Source: a virus (Duplodnaviria > Heunggongvirae > Uroviricota > Caudoviricetes). Taken from it: a DNA stretch of 58,458 nucleotides. A program made the position numbers and the translations under genes. Under the pieces are notes generated by a model, which made no database searches, was not told where the DNA came from, and was given only the letters and a program-made list of their open reading frames with translations. The DNA lies in the IMG/VR virus record IMGVR_UViG_2724679172_000006; one strand, written 5' to 3'. Below, in pieces: positions 1 through 8,676 of this stretch (positions are counted from its first letter, which is position 1; each line of letters starts with the position of its first letter).

Positions 1-221
1 CTTCCCCGGCTTCAACATTGTTGAGCACTTCAGAAAGGTTGCCACGCGCGGTACGGAAGTTAATGGATTGCATAAACACCTCGTGTACTCGTTATGTGTA
101 CACAATTATAAACTTCACAGGCATAAAGCACCAGCACTTTGCAGCTTAAATAACCGGACAATCATCAAATTCCCCACTTCGGGCATCATTGATGACATGA
201 GTGATCACACCAAAAACAGCA

Positions 222-419
222 TTACTGAAACACAAGCAGAGAACCATCAACCGGAGTAAGCGAGGAATCAACCACCAGCAAAGCACCCTGCAATATTCCC
301 TCACGGTGATGGCTATCAGCTGCCCGCATGAAGTAGGTCGCTGAAGGATGTCTAATTATCTGCTGATCAAGAGAAATTCGGCTTTCAACATAATCCGCCG
401 CAGGAGAAGGGAAGCCCAT
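222..419 (-). CDS. humD: UmuD-prime-like SOS mutagenesis accessory protein (HumD-like), apparently truncated
   Basis: Track translation MGFPSPAADYVESRISLDQQIIRHPSATYF.. matches the post-cleavage N-terminus and S24 core of UmuD; LexA box 20 nt upstream; ORF stops early and a C-terminus-like segment (AVFGVITHVINDAR) lies in another frame at about 149-220. Confidence 0.55.
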   Translation of the reverse strand: MGFPSPAADYVESRISLDQQIIRHPSATYFMRAADSHHREGILQGALLVVDSSLTPVDGSLLVFQ

Positions 420-437
420 AGCGTTTTACCTCAATAA

Positions 438-457
438 TACTGTTTATTCATACAGTA
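438..457. promoter_or_regulatory. LexA (SOS) box
   Basis: TACTGTTTATTCATACAGTA contains a perfect CTGT-N8-ACAG palindrome, between humD-like start and hot-like end. Confidence 0.7.
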
Positions 458-542
458 TACATTGAAAAGGCATAGTTTGTGAAAGCGGGGTTTGTAGGCG
501 CGCCACGCTGGGGGCTAATCACATTTCTCCCCCATCTTGCCG

Positions 543-815
543 TTATTTTTTTGGTGCATCCTCGTTCTGATACACCGGATCGCTCCCTTTTGGCAACTGG
601 AGGCTTAACTGCCGGTAGTGCCGTAACCGTTCCATGAAATAGGTGCGCAGATTCTCTGGTTGCTCGCGGGCTACCTGTTCAGCTATGACAGGTATGTTCA
701 ATCGCTCTTTGTACGCCACACCGCTGGCAGCCAGATCAACGTTAACCTTATCCCGTTCTTCCTGACTTTTAGCTGCAATATTCCAATCGTGCATATCAAA
801 TCCCATCCAGAACAA
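543..815 (-). CDS. hot: DNA polymerase III theta subunit homologue (HolE-like)
   Basis: Segment [43 protein letters not shown] resembles E. coli HolE; TTG start in track, a likelier start is the internal MHDWN methionine. Confidence 0.6.
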   Translation of the reverse strand: MFWMGFDMHDWNIAAKSQEERDKVNVDLAASGVAYKERLNIPVIAEQVAREQPENLRTYFMERLRHYRQLSLQLPKGSDPVYQNEDAPKK

Positions 816-1243
816 TTGCGTAACGACTATTATTTAACCAGCAAAGTAACTTTTAATTTTTTTTCTTTTCCCATTGATTTTTGTGCACAGCTTATCTGCC
901 TTGCCGTGCGCAGAATCAACTTTTTTCTTCCTGATTTATCCACAAAGTTATGCACTTGCAAGAGGGCCATTTTCTAAATATTGTGATGTTTCACAAATGA
1001 AATGAATTTTGATTAATGAAGATAAGGAGAAAATTTGAGATGCAATCATGACGTTAATAGATAGGGTCTGCATTACAGACCCCATCCGCATCAAGGAATT
1101 AGCCGTTCCCTGATGTTGTTCCGAAAACATGTGCCGTAAGCTCACGTTAACGACTTTCTTTCACCGAATCCAACTATATAGGGGTTGGGTTTCTACGTCA
1201 ACGTGAGCAAGTGCTCCTTTACATTTGACAAGGAACCACCTTA

Positions 1244-1381
1244 ATGACTGCTTTTTTTCAGTTCCTGAGTGCATTTTTAGATGCGCCTGTTATTAGCCAG
1301 ATTCTGGCGATCATCCTCATCATCGTTTTGATTTTGCTTTTAAGGTCAGTAAAAAATGGAATTATGCACTGGCTTACTTAA
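1244..1381 (+). CDS. small hydrophobic peptide, 45 aa (MTAFFQFLSAFLDAPVISQILAIILIIVLILLLRSVKNGIMHWLT)
   Basis: ATG preceded by AAGGAA at 8 nt; single predicted transmembrane helix; lies in a gap between minus-strand genes; below the track size cut-off. Confidence 0.25.
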   Translation: MTAFFQFLSAFLDAPVISQILAIILIIVLILLLRSVKNGIMHWLT

Positions 1382-1455
1382 TGTTCAGTGAAACATTAAA
1401 ATCTCCTTGATGTGGAAACAATCATTTTCTGTATGTGCTGGTGGGTACCTGTAGT

Positions 1456-1818
1456 TCAGCTTTCGTTGGCATTTAACTTCGTCTTTGCTTTCTCCACCAG
1501 CAACTTCCAGATGCCTATTTCATTAGCAGCCGCCTTGATGGCGGCATAAAAAGCATCTTGCTGATCGTAACGCTGAATCTGTTTTTTCAGTTTTGCCTCC
1601 ACCAATTTAATTTCATTACGTGCTTTCTGAAGCCGCAGCGCCGCCCGGTTACGTCTGTTCTTGTATAGCGCGTTAATCTCTGATAATTGCTTTAATTTAC
1701 CAGCCTGACTGCGGATTATCGCCTCTCTGACTTCTGCCGTGCGTCTCATCTGATCTCTTAAGAGTTCACCGTTTTCGATAATTCTTTCAAGGTGTTTGAT
1801 GTGATCTGCAACTCTCAT
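1456..1818 (-). CDS. hypothetical protein, charged coiled-coil-like
   Basis: ORF track; K/R/E-rich; 4-nt overlap with upstream gene suggests coupling. Confidence 0.5.
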   Translation of the reverse strand: MRVADHIKHLERIIENGELLRDQMRRTAEVREAIIRSQAGKLKQLSEINALYKNRRNRAALRLQKARNEIKLVEAKLKKQIQRYDQQDAFYAAIKAAANEIGIWKLLVEKAKTKLNANES

Positions 1819-2747
1819 ACTTCACCCTCGCTTGTATCGCCAGCATCCACCAGCGGCAATAAAGCCCTGGCCATCTTATGAACCAATAGTGCATCAATAA
1901 TGCCAAGCGTATGCCCCGGCTTAATGTTTAATGCCGCCTCAAGGTGACACCTTTCCAGGCCACTTTTCTCGGCTTGTTTATGATGATCTGGTGTAATAAC
2001 GTCGCCCAAAACACGGCTAATTCTTTCTCGTAATTGCTGGGTGCCAGCACACTTGATCGCTGTATCGTGGAGACGGTTAACCAGTTCGCGATAAACATGC
2101 GGCTTAATTCGGATACGTTCACCGGTGACGCCCTTTCCTGGTGCTGGCACCGAACTATCCGGAATATCCGGATAGTTGCCAGCCTCGTAAGCTACCCGCA
2201 GCCAGTGCATGAATGTTTCAGTGGACACACAACCACAGTCCACATCGATTTTCCCGCGTTGCTGTTCCAGCCATTGCCCAAAATCCAACCTGTAAGTCTT
2301 ACTTTCAAGTTCATCACCATTGAACTCGACTTTCTGCGACGCTATGAGAGCTGATTCGTATTGTTCGCGAGTGACAACTGACTGGTATTCATCGCTATCA
2401 AGGTCACCAATTGGAAGCTCAATCTCACAACAAAAATTGCGCCCAAAGAAAGTGTCTTTTTTGTGGTCTGAGCCAAAAGCAAAAGTCGCGCATGGTGCCA
2501 TTAAATTGACACTGGGTAGGTAACAATAACTCATTCCATCAGGCCACCCGCCGCACTTAGGCAGTTCCTTCACTAACAAGTCGATAAACTTCATTTTTTT
2601 ATCATCTTTGCAAGCCGCCAAAGCCATTTGGGCAAGTGCCAATACTTCATCTGCCGTATATCCAGCACCGTGACCATACATTTCGATACGGGAAATAATC
2701 TCTGATATACGCTCTTCAGTGATTCTGGTCATTTCTTTTTGCGCCAT
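1815..2747 (-). CDS. hypothetical protein (310 aa)
   Basis: ORF track; no motif recognised; part of co-directional block. Confidence 0.55.
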   Translation of the reverse strand: MAQKEMTRITEERISEIISRIEMYGHGAGYTADEVLALAQMALAACKDDKKMKFIDLLVKELPKCGGWPDGMSYCYLPSVNLMAPCATFAFGSDHKKDTFFGRNFCCEIELPIGDLDSDEYQSVVTREQYESALIASQKVEFNGDELESKTYRLDFGQWLEQQRGKIDVDCGCVSTETFMHWLRVAYEAGNYPDIPDSSVPAPGKGVTGERIRIKPHVYRELVNRLHDTAIKCAGTQQLRERISRVLGDVITPDHHKQAEKSGLERCHLEAALNIKPGHTLGIIDALLVHKMARALLPLVDAGDTSEGEV

Positions 2748-3103
2748 TTCTTTTCACATTCCTTAGTCCATTTTTCAATGTTCATTTTGGCAATATCAGT
2801 CATTCCATCACCTAAGAAATACTTTCTCCGGTACGTCTTGCACTTAAACCACACTACAACAGCCACCAGCCAGAAAATAAAAGGCCATACAGCAATACCA
2901 ACTCCAGCCGCGATAAAGCCCAATAGCCATAAATGAAGCTCTCCAACTTCTGTTTGCGGCAATATTCTTAAAGAATTAAGCAGCAGACTGAAGGAATAGT
3001 CGTATGCATTGGCGGTATAAGACATGCAATCCATATAATTAAAGTCATAGCCTGCGGCTGCCGCCCATAATGGGCGGTCAAGAAAATGTTTTAGTGTCAT
3101 CAT
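2729..3103 (-). CDS. hypothetical membrane protein
   Basis: Two hydrophobic helices (LHLWLLGFIAAGVGIAVWPFIFWLVAVVVWF) followed by lysine-rich tail. Confidence 0.5.
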   Translation of the reverse strand: MMTLKHFLDRPLWAAAAGYDFNYMDCMSYTANAYDYSFSLLLNSLRILPQTEVGELHLWLLGFIAAGVGIAVWPFIFWLVAVVVWFKCKTYRRKYFLGDGMTDIAKMNIEKWTKECEKKWRKKK

Positions 3104-3109
3104 ATAAAT

Positions 3110-3499
3110 TTAAGGTTCAGACCAGTTATCTTCAATAGCAATGCTTAATCTTTGTAGCCATTCTGCTAATTTCAGCATTGCTTCTCTTTCGCTTAAACCA
3201 CGAGGAAAATCATCAAGCGAAATTGTTGGCTTGAAGCCCCCGTAATTATCTATTTCAACAGTCAGATTTTGCTCCAGCACGGTATTCCTTACGCGGCTAT
3301 TGTGCCGAAGCAAATATACTGAACGTGATTTATTGGTTTTATGGTCAAACTGATATTCGGTAAGTATCATCTGGCTTTTGCCATGACTATTACCTCTCCA
3401 CATACTTACCTCACTTAATAAAACAACTCCATGCGTAGTTGATGATTTTTTCCCACGTAATATAAATCTGCACTCCGGCAGTAAAACCAAAGCCAACAA
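3110..3499 (-). CDS. hypothetical protein
   Basis: ORF track only. Confidence 0.4.
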   Translation of the reverse strand: MLALVLLPECRFILRGKKSSTTHGVVLLSEVSMWRGNSHGKSQMILTEYQFDHKTNKSRSVYLLRHNSRVRNTVLEQNLTVEIDNYGGFKPTISLDDFPRGLSEREAMLKLAEWLQRLSIAIEDNWSEP

Positions 3500-3581
3500 T
3501 TGCTGAAAAAATCAAAACATTTACTTTTGACATTATAAATTTTCTCTCGGTGTCGTAGGTGATAGCACCATAATTGATAAT

Positions 3582-3833
3582 TTAGTGAGTTAGCAGTTCC
3601 ATTTTTTGGATGATTTCCGCATGAGCATCATCGTTATCAACACTTAACTCGTTTAATGCCTCTCGCACTACATCAACTTCTTCTGGTTGGAAGAAGTCAT
3701 CTCGGTAGTCACCAAATAGAACCGAAACAAGCCTGCCACCAGCAACATCAAGATTGGCGCTAACAGGTGGCTCTTTACCATCCTCAAATTCGACTACAAA
3801 AGTTATTTTTCCCATCGTTACCACCAGCGACAA
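3582..3833 (-). CDS. hypothetical protein (83 aa, acidic)
   Basis: ORF track only. Confidence 0.45.
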   Translation of the reverse strand: MSLVVTMGKITFVVEFEDGKEPPVSANLDVAGGRLVSVLFGDYRDDFFQPEEVDVVREALNELSVDNDDAHAEIIQKMELLTH

Positions 3834-3897
3834 ATTGAATACAAACCCAGTGCTGCCGCCATCACAATTCCTACCGTGGTGAATGCTTCAGGCCAGC

Positions 3898-4803
3898 TCA
3901 TTGATTCACCTCCTGCGGCGGTTCTGGTAGCGGCATCCAGTGTGACGGTTTCCACGACGCACCAGGAATTATCCACCCATCATTAGCGTCAGGATGCCCC
4001 GGGATGTAAGTAGCCCATTTCATTCGCCAGTCACCTTTCCTGTCAAACTCCACGGCAACAAGAACGGCTGTTTTGGTATTCGGCATTCGCTCACTACAGC
4101 TTATCCAACCATCCGGAGTTACCGGAACTTGCGGAATGGCTGTCTGCTCTCGAACGTCATTAGGCGCTATAGGTTCTGCTGCCAACTGACTGGCATATTT
4201 GTTAATGGTAACGATAAGCTCTTGCTCAGCCTCATCCAGACAATCACCGATACCTCGCCTGTCACCGTCAAAATCATCGAAATCGGCACGAATCTTGGCA
4301 ACCTTCAGGATTGCGGACAACACCTCACTAGGAATTACCGGATAGTTGGTTGACGTTTCCGCGATTTCCCGAAAATTATTGGTTGACGAATTCTTGTTTT
4401 CCCGAAAGTTTCCGGACTGAAGCATGGCGGCGCGGCAGGCGTTCCAGCCAGCTGTTCGCCCAAGCGCGTAAACTTCAGATGGCTCAAGATAATCAATGTC
4501 ATGCCCGTCCTCATCGTCGTTCTCAGGTAATGCAGCAGGTACTACCGGTACTGGCGGAGCGGTGTAGACCTCAATAATCCCATTATCAATAGGCCATTCT
4601 CCATCCTTGAGATAGTCACTTGTGCCGTCAACTTGCTGTTCAGCAATGTGGAATGCACCAACTGGCTCTGCCTCAAGCGAGGCCAGTGCAATTCGTGCCA
4701 GTTCTTCCGCTTCTTCTGCTGGCAGTACAACGTTGCTACCAGGTCCGTATGTTTCGCGCCACTGCCTGATTGTCAGCAGTCGCTCTTTGGTAATAGTGGT
4801 CAT
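3898..4803 (-). CDS. hypothetical protein with DUF551-like C-terminal domain
   Basis: C-terminal W/P-rich segment (WISCSERMPN..WMPLPEPP) typical of phage DUF551 proteins. Confidence 0.5.
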   Translation of the reverse strand: MTTITKERLLTIRQWRETYGPGSNVVLPAEEAEELARIALASLEAEPVGAFHIAEQQVDGTSDYLKDGEWPIDNGIIEVYTAPPVPVVPAALPENDDEDGHDIDYLEPSEVYALGRTAGWNACRAAMLQSGNFRENKNSSTNNFREIAETSTNYPVIPSEVLSAILKVAKIRADFDDFDGDRRGIGDCLDEAEQELIVTINKYASQLAAEPIAPNDVREQTAIPQVPVTPDGWISCSERMPNTKTAVLVAVEFDRKGDWRMKWATYIPGHPDANDGWIIPGASWKPSHWMPLPEPPQEVNQ

Positions 4804-4813
4804 GTGTTAGTCC

Positions 4814-5119
4814 TTATCCTGCTGTACTTTCAACTGATGAGGGGAATAAAATCTTTTCATCAAATCCGGCATTCATATCATGAACAGCAACACACCAATC
4901 CATTGACGAACGATTATCAAGAGCCTCCATGATTTCATCCATGCGGCGCAGGTCATACAGGTAAATGCTTTTATCGCCAATGGTGTAAAAACCAATTTTT
5001 TTCGGTGATGGGCAGCGATCAAGAACGTCCTGTAATTCGCTCAACCATGCTTGTTCTTTTTTTGTCAAAGTTGCCATATCACTCTCCTTTGATGCCAATG
5101 CCAGCGGCGCGGGAATCAT
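4814..5119 (-). CDS. hypothetical protein
   Basis: ORF track only. Confidence 0.45.
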   Translation of the reverse strand: MIPAPLALASKESDMATLTKKEQAWLSELQDVLDRCPSPKKIGFYTIGDKSIYLYDLRRMDEIMEALDNRSSMDWCVAVHDMNAGFDEKILFPSSVESTAG

Positions 5120-5636
5120 CCCATCGCTTTACTTCTTCACGAATTACGTCAATGCATTCTTTCGAATCCATTAGGTAATCTTCATCAAAAAGACGTTCCT
5201 GTTCGTTTTCTATCGCAACAATGATTGCTTCAACTAACTTTTGTGCCTGAGAACCACTTTCTAACTCTGCTATGCGCTTACTCCCATCAGAGATAACACC
5301 TTCGTAATACTCACGCTGCTCGTTGAGTTTTGATTTTGCTGCTTCCAGCTCAACGCGCAACTTCCCTACCGTTAGTGCAATATCCTCGTTCTCCTGGTCG
5401 CGGGATTTGATGTATTGCTGGTTCCTTTCCCGTTCATCCAGTAGTGCCAAAGCAATCTTTGGATTAAAGGCAGCAATAAATTCAGCGTTGTTTTTCAGAA
5501 CGTGTTGCGCAATGGCCTGACTACTTAGTCGGACCTCATAACCACGTGCGCCACGGTGTGGTTTATATGAGTCCCAGTCTCCCCACGTTGCCTTCTCTGC
5601 CGCCTCACGCAGTGCCTGATAGTCAATCTTGTTCAT
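5079..5636 (-). CDS. Ead/Ea22-like phage protein
   Basis: N-terminus MNKIDYQALREAAEKATWGDW.. and coiled-coil middle resemble lambdoid Ea22-family proteins; paralogue of 5934-6659. Confidence 0.45.
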   Translation of the reverse strand: MNKIDYQALREAAEKATWGDWDSYKPHRGARGYEVRLSSQAIAQHVLKNNAEFIAAFNPKIALALLDERERNQQYIKSRDQENEDIALTVGKLRVELEAAKSKLNEQREYYEGVISDGSKRIAELESGSQAQKLVEAIIVAIENEQERLFDEDYLMDSKECIDVIREEVKRWDDSRAAGIGIKGE

Positions 5637-5637
5637 G

Positions 5638-5970
5638 TCACATCACCCTGAATCCGTTGCATTTACGTAAGAAATCGCAGATATAGCCCTTCATTTTTTC
5701 ATGCCAATCTCGATCATTCCCATTGCACCAACCATCAGGTGGAGTCCAGTTTTCTATCAGAGCAGCCATTTTCTTTGCTTTCGCCGGAGTAGCTGTTGCG
5801 GTATCGCAGTAATGACGAGTGTCAACCAACGCATCCATACCATCGATATCAAGTACGCAAAACCATGTGTGATTCGGAATTCCTACAGGTGGTATTTGTT
5901 GCCCACGTCGACGTTTATCAATAAGATATACACTCACTGCTTGCCTCCTTTGCGAATCTGTTCCGCCCAT
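5638..5970 (-). CDS. hypothetical protein
   Basis: ORF track only. Confidence 0.45.
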   Translation of the reverse strand: MGGTDSQRRQAVSVYLIDKRRRGQQIPPVGIPNHTWFCVLDIDGMDALVDTRHYCDTATATPAKAKKMAALIENWTPPDGWCNGNDRDWHEKMKGYICDFLRKCNGFRVM

Positions 5971-6659
5971 TCTTCAAGGGATTTCTCCGCATATTCACCG
6001 GACAGGCCATCAATCGGATGCGGTTCATTAGCCAACTCTTCTTTCGCTGACAAAATCATGCGTGTAACGTCGAAAACTTCACGCAAAGATTTATTGATAA
6101 ATCCGTGATTGAACGCAGCAGCAAGACGGCTGGCGGTATAGTTAATCCCCTCGTTGCGTGCTTCCGCACGAATTTCAGCCAGAAAAGCATCGGTGGCTGA
6201 AATATTTCCTGTTGCCTTCATGGCCCCCAAAATAACCAGAACGCCATCTCGCCCAACCTCCTCAGCGATAACCTCGGTGTTGTCGCCAACAACATCGCAG
6301 AATGCCTGAACTGCCTTACGAGCCAGCTCATTCTCCGCCGCCAGCGCCGCGCACTTGGCCTCAAGAGCGGCAACCACTTCCTGATGGTCTTTGTACTTAA
6401 CGTATGAGCCGGAGATGTCATCACCTTCGGTGTTTAGCCATGCGTCATTGCAATTCACTGCGTAGGTTCTGATGCTCATGTTGATGCTCTCCCGCCCCTG
6501 ACAGACGCTAGGCCAGTCAATAAAGTATCCGCAATGCCTACCCTCAGACGTGCGCGCAGGATAAATGCCGTTATGACCCGGCAAAATATATGCTACCCAT
6601 TCATCTTGCGTTGCCTGTTTCGCCGCCTCGCGCAGTTCTTTATAGTTAATTTCGCTCAC
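5934..6659 (-). CDS. Ead/Ea22-like phage protein
   Basis: N-terminus MSEINYKELREAAKQATQDEW..; C-terminal AEQIRKGGKQ shared with next gene. Confidence 0.45.
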   Translation of the reverse strand: MSEINYKELREAAKQATQDEWVAYILPGHNGIYPARTSEGRHCGYFIDWPSVCQGRESINMSIRTYAVNCNDAWLNTEGDDISGSYVKYKDHQEVVAALEAKCAALAAENELARKAVQAFCDVVGDNTEVIAEEVGRDGVLVILGAMKATGNISATDAFLAEIRAEARNEGINYTASRLAAAFNHGFINKSLREVFDVTRMILSAKEELANEPHPIDGLSGEYAEKSLEEWAEQIRKGGKQ

Positions 6660-6895
6660 TGGTTGCCTCCTTTACGGATCTGCGCTGCGATGCGCGAAAA
6701 AAAAGACTCCCGCGTATGACTGTTAAGAGCTGGCGCGAACGCTGCGTTAAGAACAGCAGCATCACAGCCGTCATCAATATAGAGCGCAATTTTTTTCTCC
6801 AGGCGCGCTTTGGCTTCCTGCAACTGCATACCCCGGCACGCACGCGGGATATAATCAGCAATTTGAGCGATAGCCTTTTCGTTCTGTTTAAACAT
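6656..6895 (-). CDS. hypothetical protein
   Basis: ORF track; C-terminus AAQIRKGGNQ repeats the end of the upstream gene. Confidence 0.4.
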   Translation of the reverse strand: MFKQNEKAIAQIADYIPRACRGMQLQEAKARLEKKIALYIDDGCDAAVLNAAFAPALNSHTRESFFSRIAAQIRKGGNQ

Positions 6896-7091
6896 GCTTC
6901 ACCTCGATAGGCTTGATGGTGTCTAACAGCAGTCGGCGGCGCGTATTTTCTGCAAAATGGCGGCGTCCAGTTTCTTTGTGGTAAAACTCGTTTTTGCCGA
7001 CGACCCACATCCGCTCTGTTTGGTGCAGTTTTTTTACCTGCGGACCGTCTTTGGTGATCACGGTGCCGGTATGGGTTTTTACGATTGTCAT
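6888..7091 (-). CDS. hypothetical protein
   Basis: ORF track only. Confidence 0.35.
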   Translation of the reverse strand: MTIVKTHTGTVITKDGPQVKKLHQTERMWVVGKNEFYHKETGRRHFAENTRRRLLLDTIKPIEVKHV

Positions 7092-7174
7092 GCCACTACC
7101 TATTCGAACAGATGAACGAGACAGGCCGATGCTCGTCCACCTGAAAAACTGACGATTTGATGCATACTCACGGT

Positions 7175-7903
7175 TTATTCCTGAATGCGCTTAAACTCGA
7201 TTACCCACACCCAGGGATTAGCGTTCCAGCTTTCTTCACCATAGATGGATTCCCACAGACGCTGGAACGCAACCTTGGCCATTGCGAAATCCCCCTTGGG
7301 AGTAAGGAATGTTCCCGGGTGATCAGGAAGCAAACTTCCAGCAGGCGGAACGCCCTCATCCCTTGCATCGCATTCGCTGATATCGTTCAACCGCTCAACG
7401 CGCACGTTGGTAATTTCCAACAGGATGCGTGATGCCCATCGCGGCATGTGAATTGATGGACGCCACCCACCATCAAACTTTTCATTCACAGTGTGAGGTT
7501 TCCAGTCGGCATCATCGGGTATCGACCATAAACCGTAATCACCAGGCTTTTGCTCACAACTGGCCCGATAAATCCTTGCTGCGTTCTTCTCATCGCCACG
7601 ACAAAGGTTGTCGTTCCAGTCCACACTGCAACCATCTTCATTGCCTAATATCGCCCATGTTTCACGAACCCAAATTCGATCGCCGACGATACCAAAGGGG
7701 CAATTGAAAACACTGCTTACACCATCAGCCCCGTACCACTGAAAACCTGCACCAATTTCCCTAACCATCACTGGTGCTTCTGGACCAACTTCCGCAGGCT
7801 GATTTTTCATTATCCGCCGCGTCTGCGTTTTCCTTCCTTCGAGGATGGCTCGGACCATCTCATCGTTGAAAATCATGCCGCGCTCTTTCACTTCGCCTTT
7901 CAT
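7175..7903 (-). CDS. hypothetical protein (242 aa)
   Basis: ORF track; GGGGGA ribosome-binding site upstream; N-terminal MIFNDEMVRAILEGRKTQTRR. Confidence 0.5.
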   Translation of the reverse strand: MKGEVKERGMIFNDEMVRAILEGRKTQTRRIMKNQPAEVGPEAPVMVREIGAGFQWYGADGVSSVFNCPFGIVGDRIWVRETWAILGNEDGCSVDWNDNLCRGDEKNAARIYRASCEQKPGDYGLWSIPDDADWKPHTVNEKFDGGWRPSIHMPRWASRILLEITNVRVERLNDISECDARDEGVPPAGSLLPDHPGTFLTPKGDFAMAKVAFQRLWESIYGEESWNANPWVWVIEFKRIQE

Positions 7904-7912
7904 GCATCCCCC

Positions 7913-7999
7913 TTACCCATGCGCGACGATGCCGCCAAAAGTGATAGAGAACAGCCAGAAATAGATCGCGGCCATAATGATTTTGAATGCCGTGTTCAT
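7913..7999 (-). CDS. small hydrophobic peptide, 28 aa (MNTAFKIIMAAIYFWLFSITFGGIVAHG)
   Basis: AGGAG 8 nt upstream of ATG; its stop lies 9 nt before the start of the 242-aa gene; below track cut-off. Confidence 0.25.
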   Translation of the reverse strand: MNTAFKIIMAAIYFWLFSITFGGIVAHG

Positions 8000-8081
8000 A
8001 TTTTCAGCTCCTGTGATTGATTGGATACATGCCGCGCCTTGCGGCATGTTTTTATTTTCACTTTCTCTGTTTTAAAAATCA

Positions 8082-8098
8082 ATATTTATTAGAGCAAT
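8082..8098 (-). promoter_or_regulatory. C1-repressor-type operator (15 of 17 match)
   Basis: ATATTTATTAGAGCAAT, reverse complement of ATTGCTCTAATAAATTT. Confidence 0.55.
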
Positions 8099-8604
8099 TA
8101 TTGTTGGTGGAGAAGCGCGTTTTCATACTCCCTGACCATTAACGTAAGTACGCCGTGACTCCTGAAAACACGCGCCACTTCAATCTTATCTTCCAGCGCG
8201 AACGCAATTTTACTTAGACCAATTTTCTTCAGGAGATCAATCTTTGCTGGACCGTCATTTCTGTCATCGGTGGCAGGACGCATAGATAGCAAAGGCTCAG
8301 CCCCGTTTGTTACGTACTTCCGCAGCCAGGCTCGTGTTTTATCCCTTGCGATCTCACAGCGCCCGGTTACAAACCAGACCGTGTAAACGTTAAATAACTG
8401 GCGCACCATATCAATAACCGGAGTGATGGGAGTATCGGTGTCACAGGCGAGATTAAACTCGTTCCAGTCCTTTGTTAATGCACCTTTACCTGGTGGCGGA
8501 AGCAAATGCAGTCTGTCTTCAGTTGCCTCTGATATTGTTCCATCAATATCGACTATGACGATATACGGACGTTCCTGGTGTGCGTGTTTATTGAAAATAC
8601 TCAA
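8098..8604 (-). CDS. HAD-superfamily phosphatase, polynucleotide-kinase-phosphatase-like
   Basis: DxDGT motif in IVIVDIDGTIS near N-terminus, size and layout of HAD phosphatases. Confidence 0.6.
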   Translation of the reverse strand: MSIFNKHAHQERPYIVIVDIDGTISEATEDRLHLLPPPGKGALTKDWNEFNLACDTDTPITPVIDMVRQLFNVYTVWFVTGRCEIARDKTRAWLRKYVTNGAEPLLSMRPATDDRNDGPAKIDLLKKIGLSKIAFALEDKIEVARVFRSHGVLTLMVREYENALLHQQ

Positions 8605-8676
8605 ATGCCCTCCTCATTGGACGAAAAAAATGCTGGTGGGCGCACTCCACCAGCATTAAAAGTGACGCTGTAACTA

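Noticed and set aside
660-977. Plus-strand 105-aa ORF overlapping the hot-like gene, and similar antisense ORFs throughout minus-strand blocks (e.g. 2034-2354, 3994-4353, 5701-6108, 8797-9153, 14719-15069, 15453-15740, 28139-28489)
   Set aside because: They lie antisense to longer ORFs with recognisable domains or good coupling, lack ribosome-binding sites and have low-complexity translations; treated as shadow ORFs.
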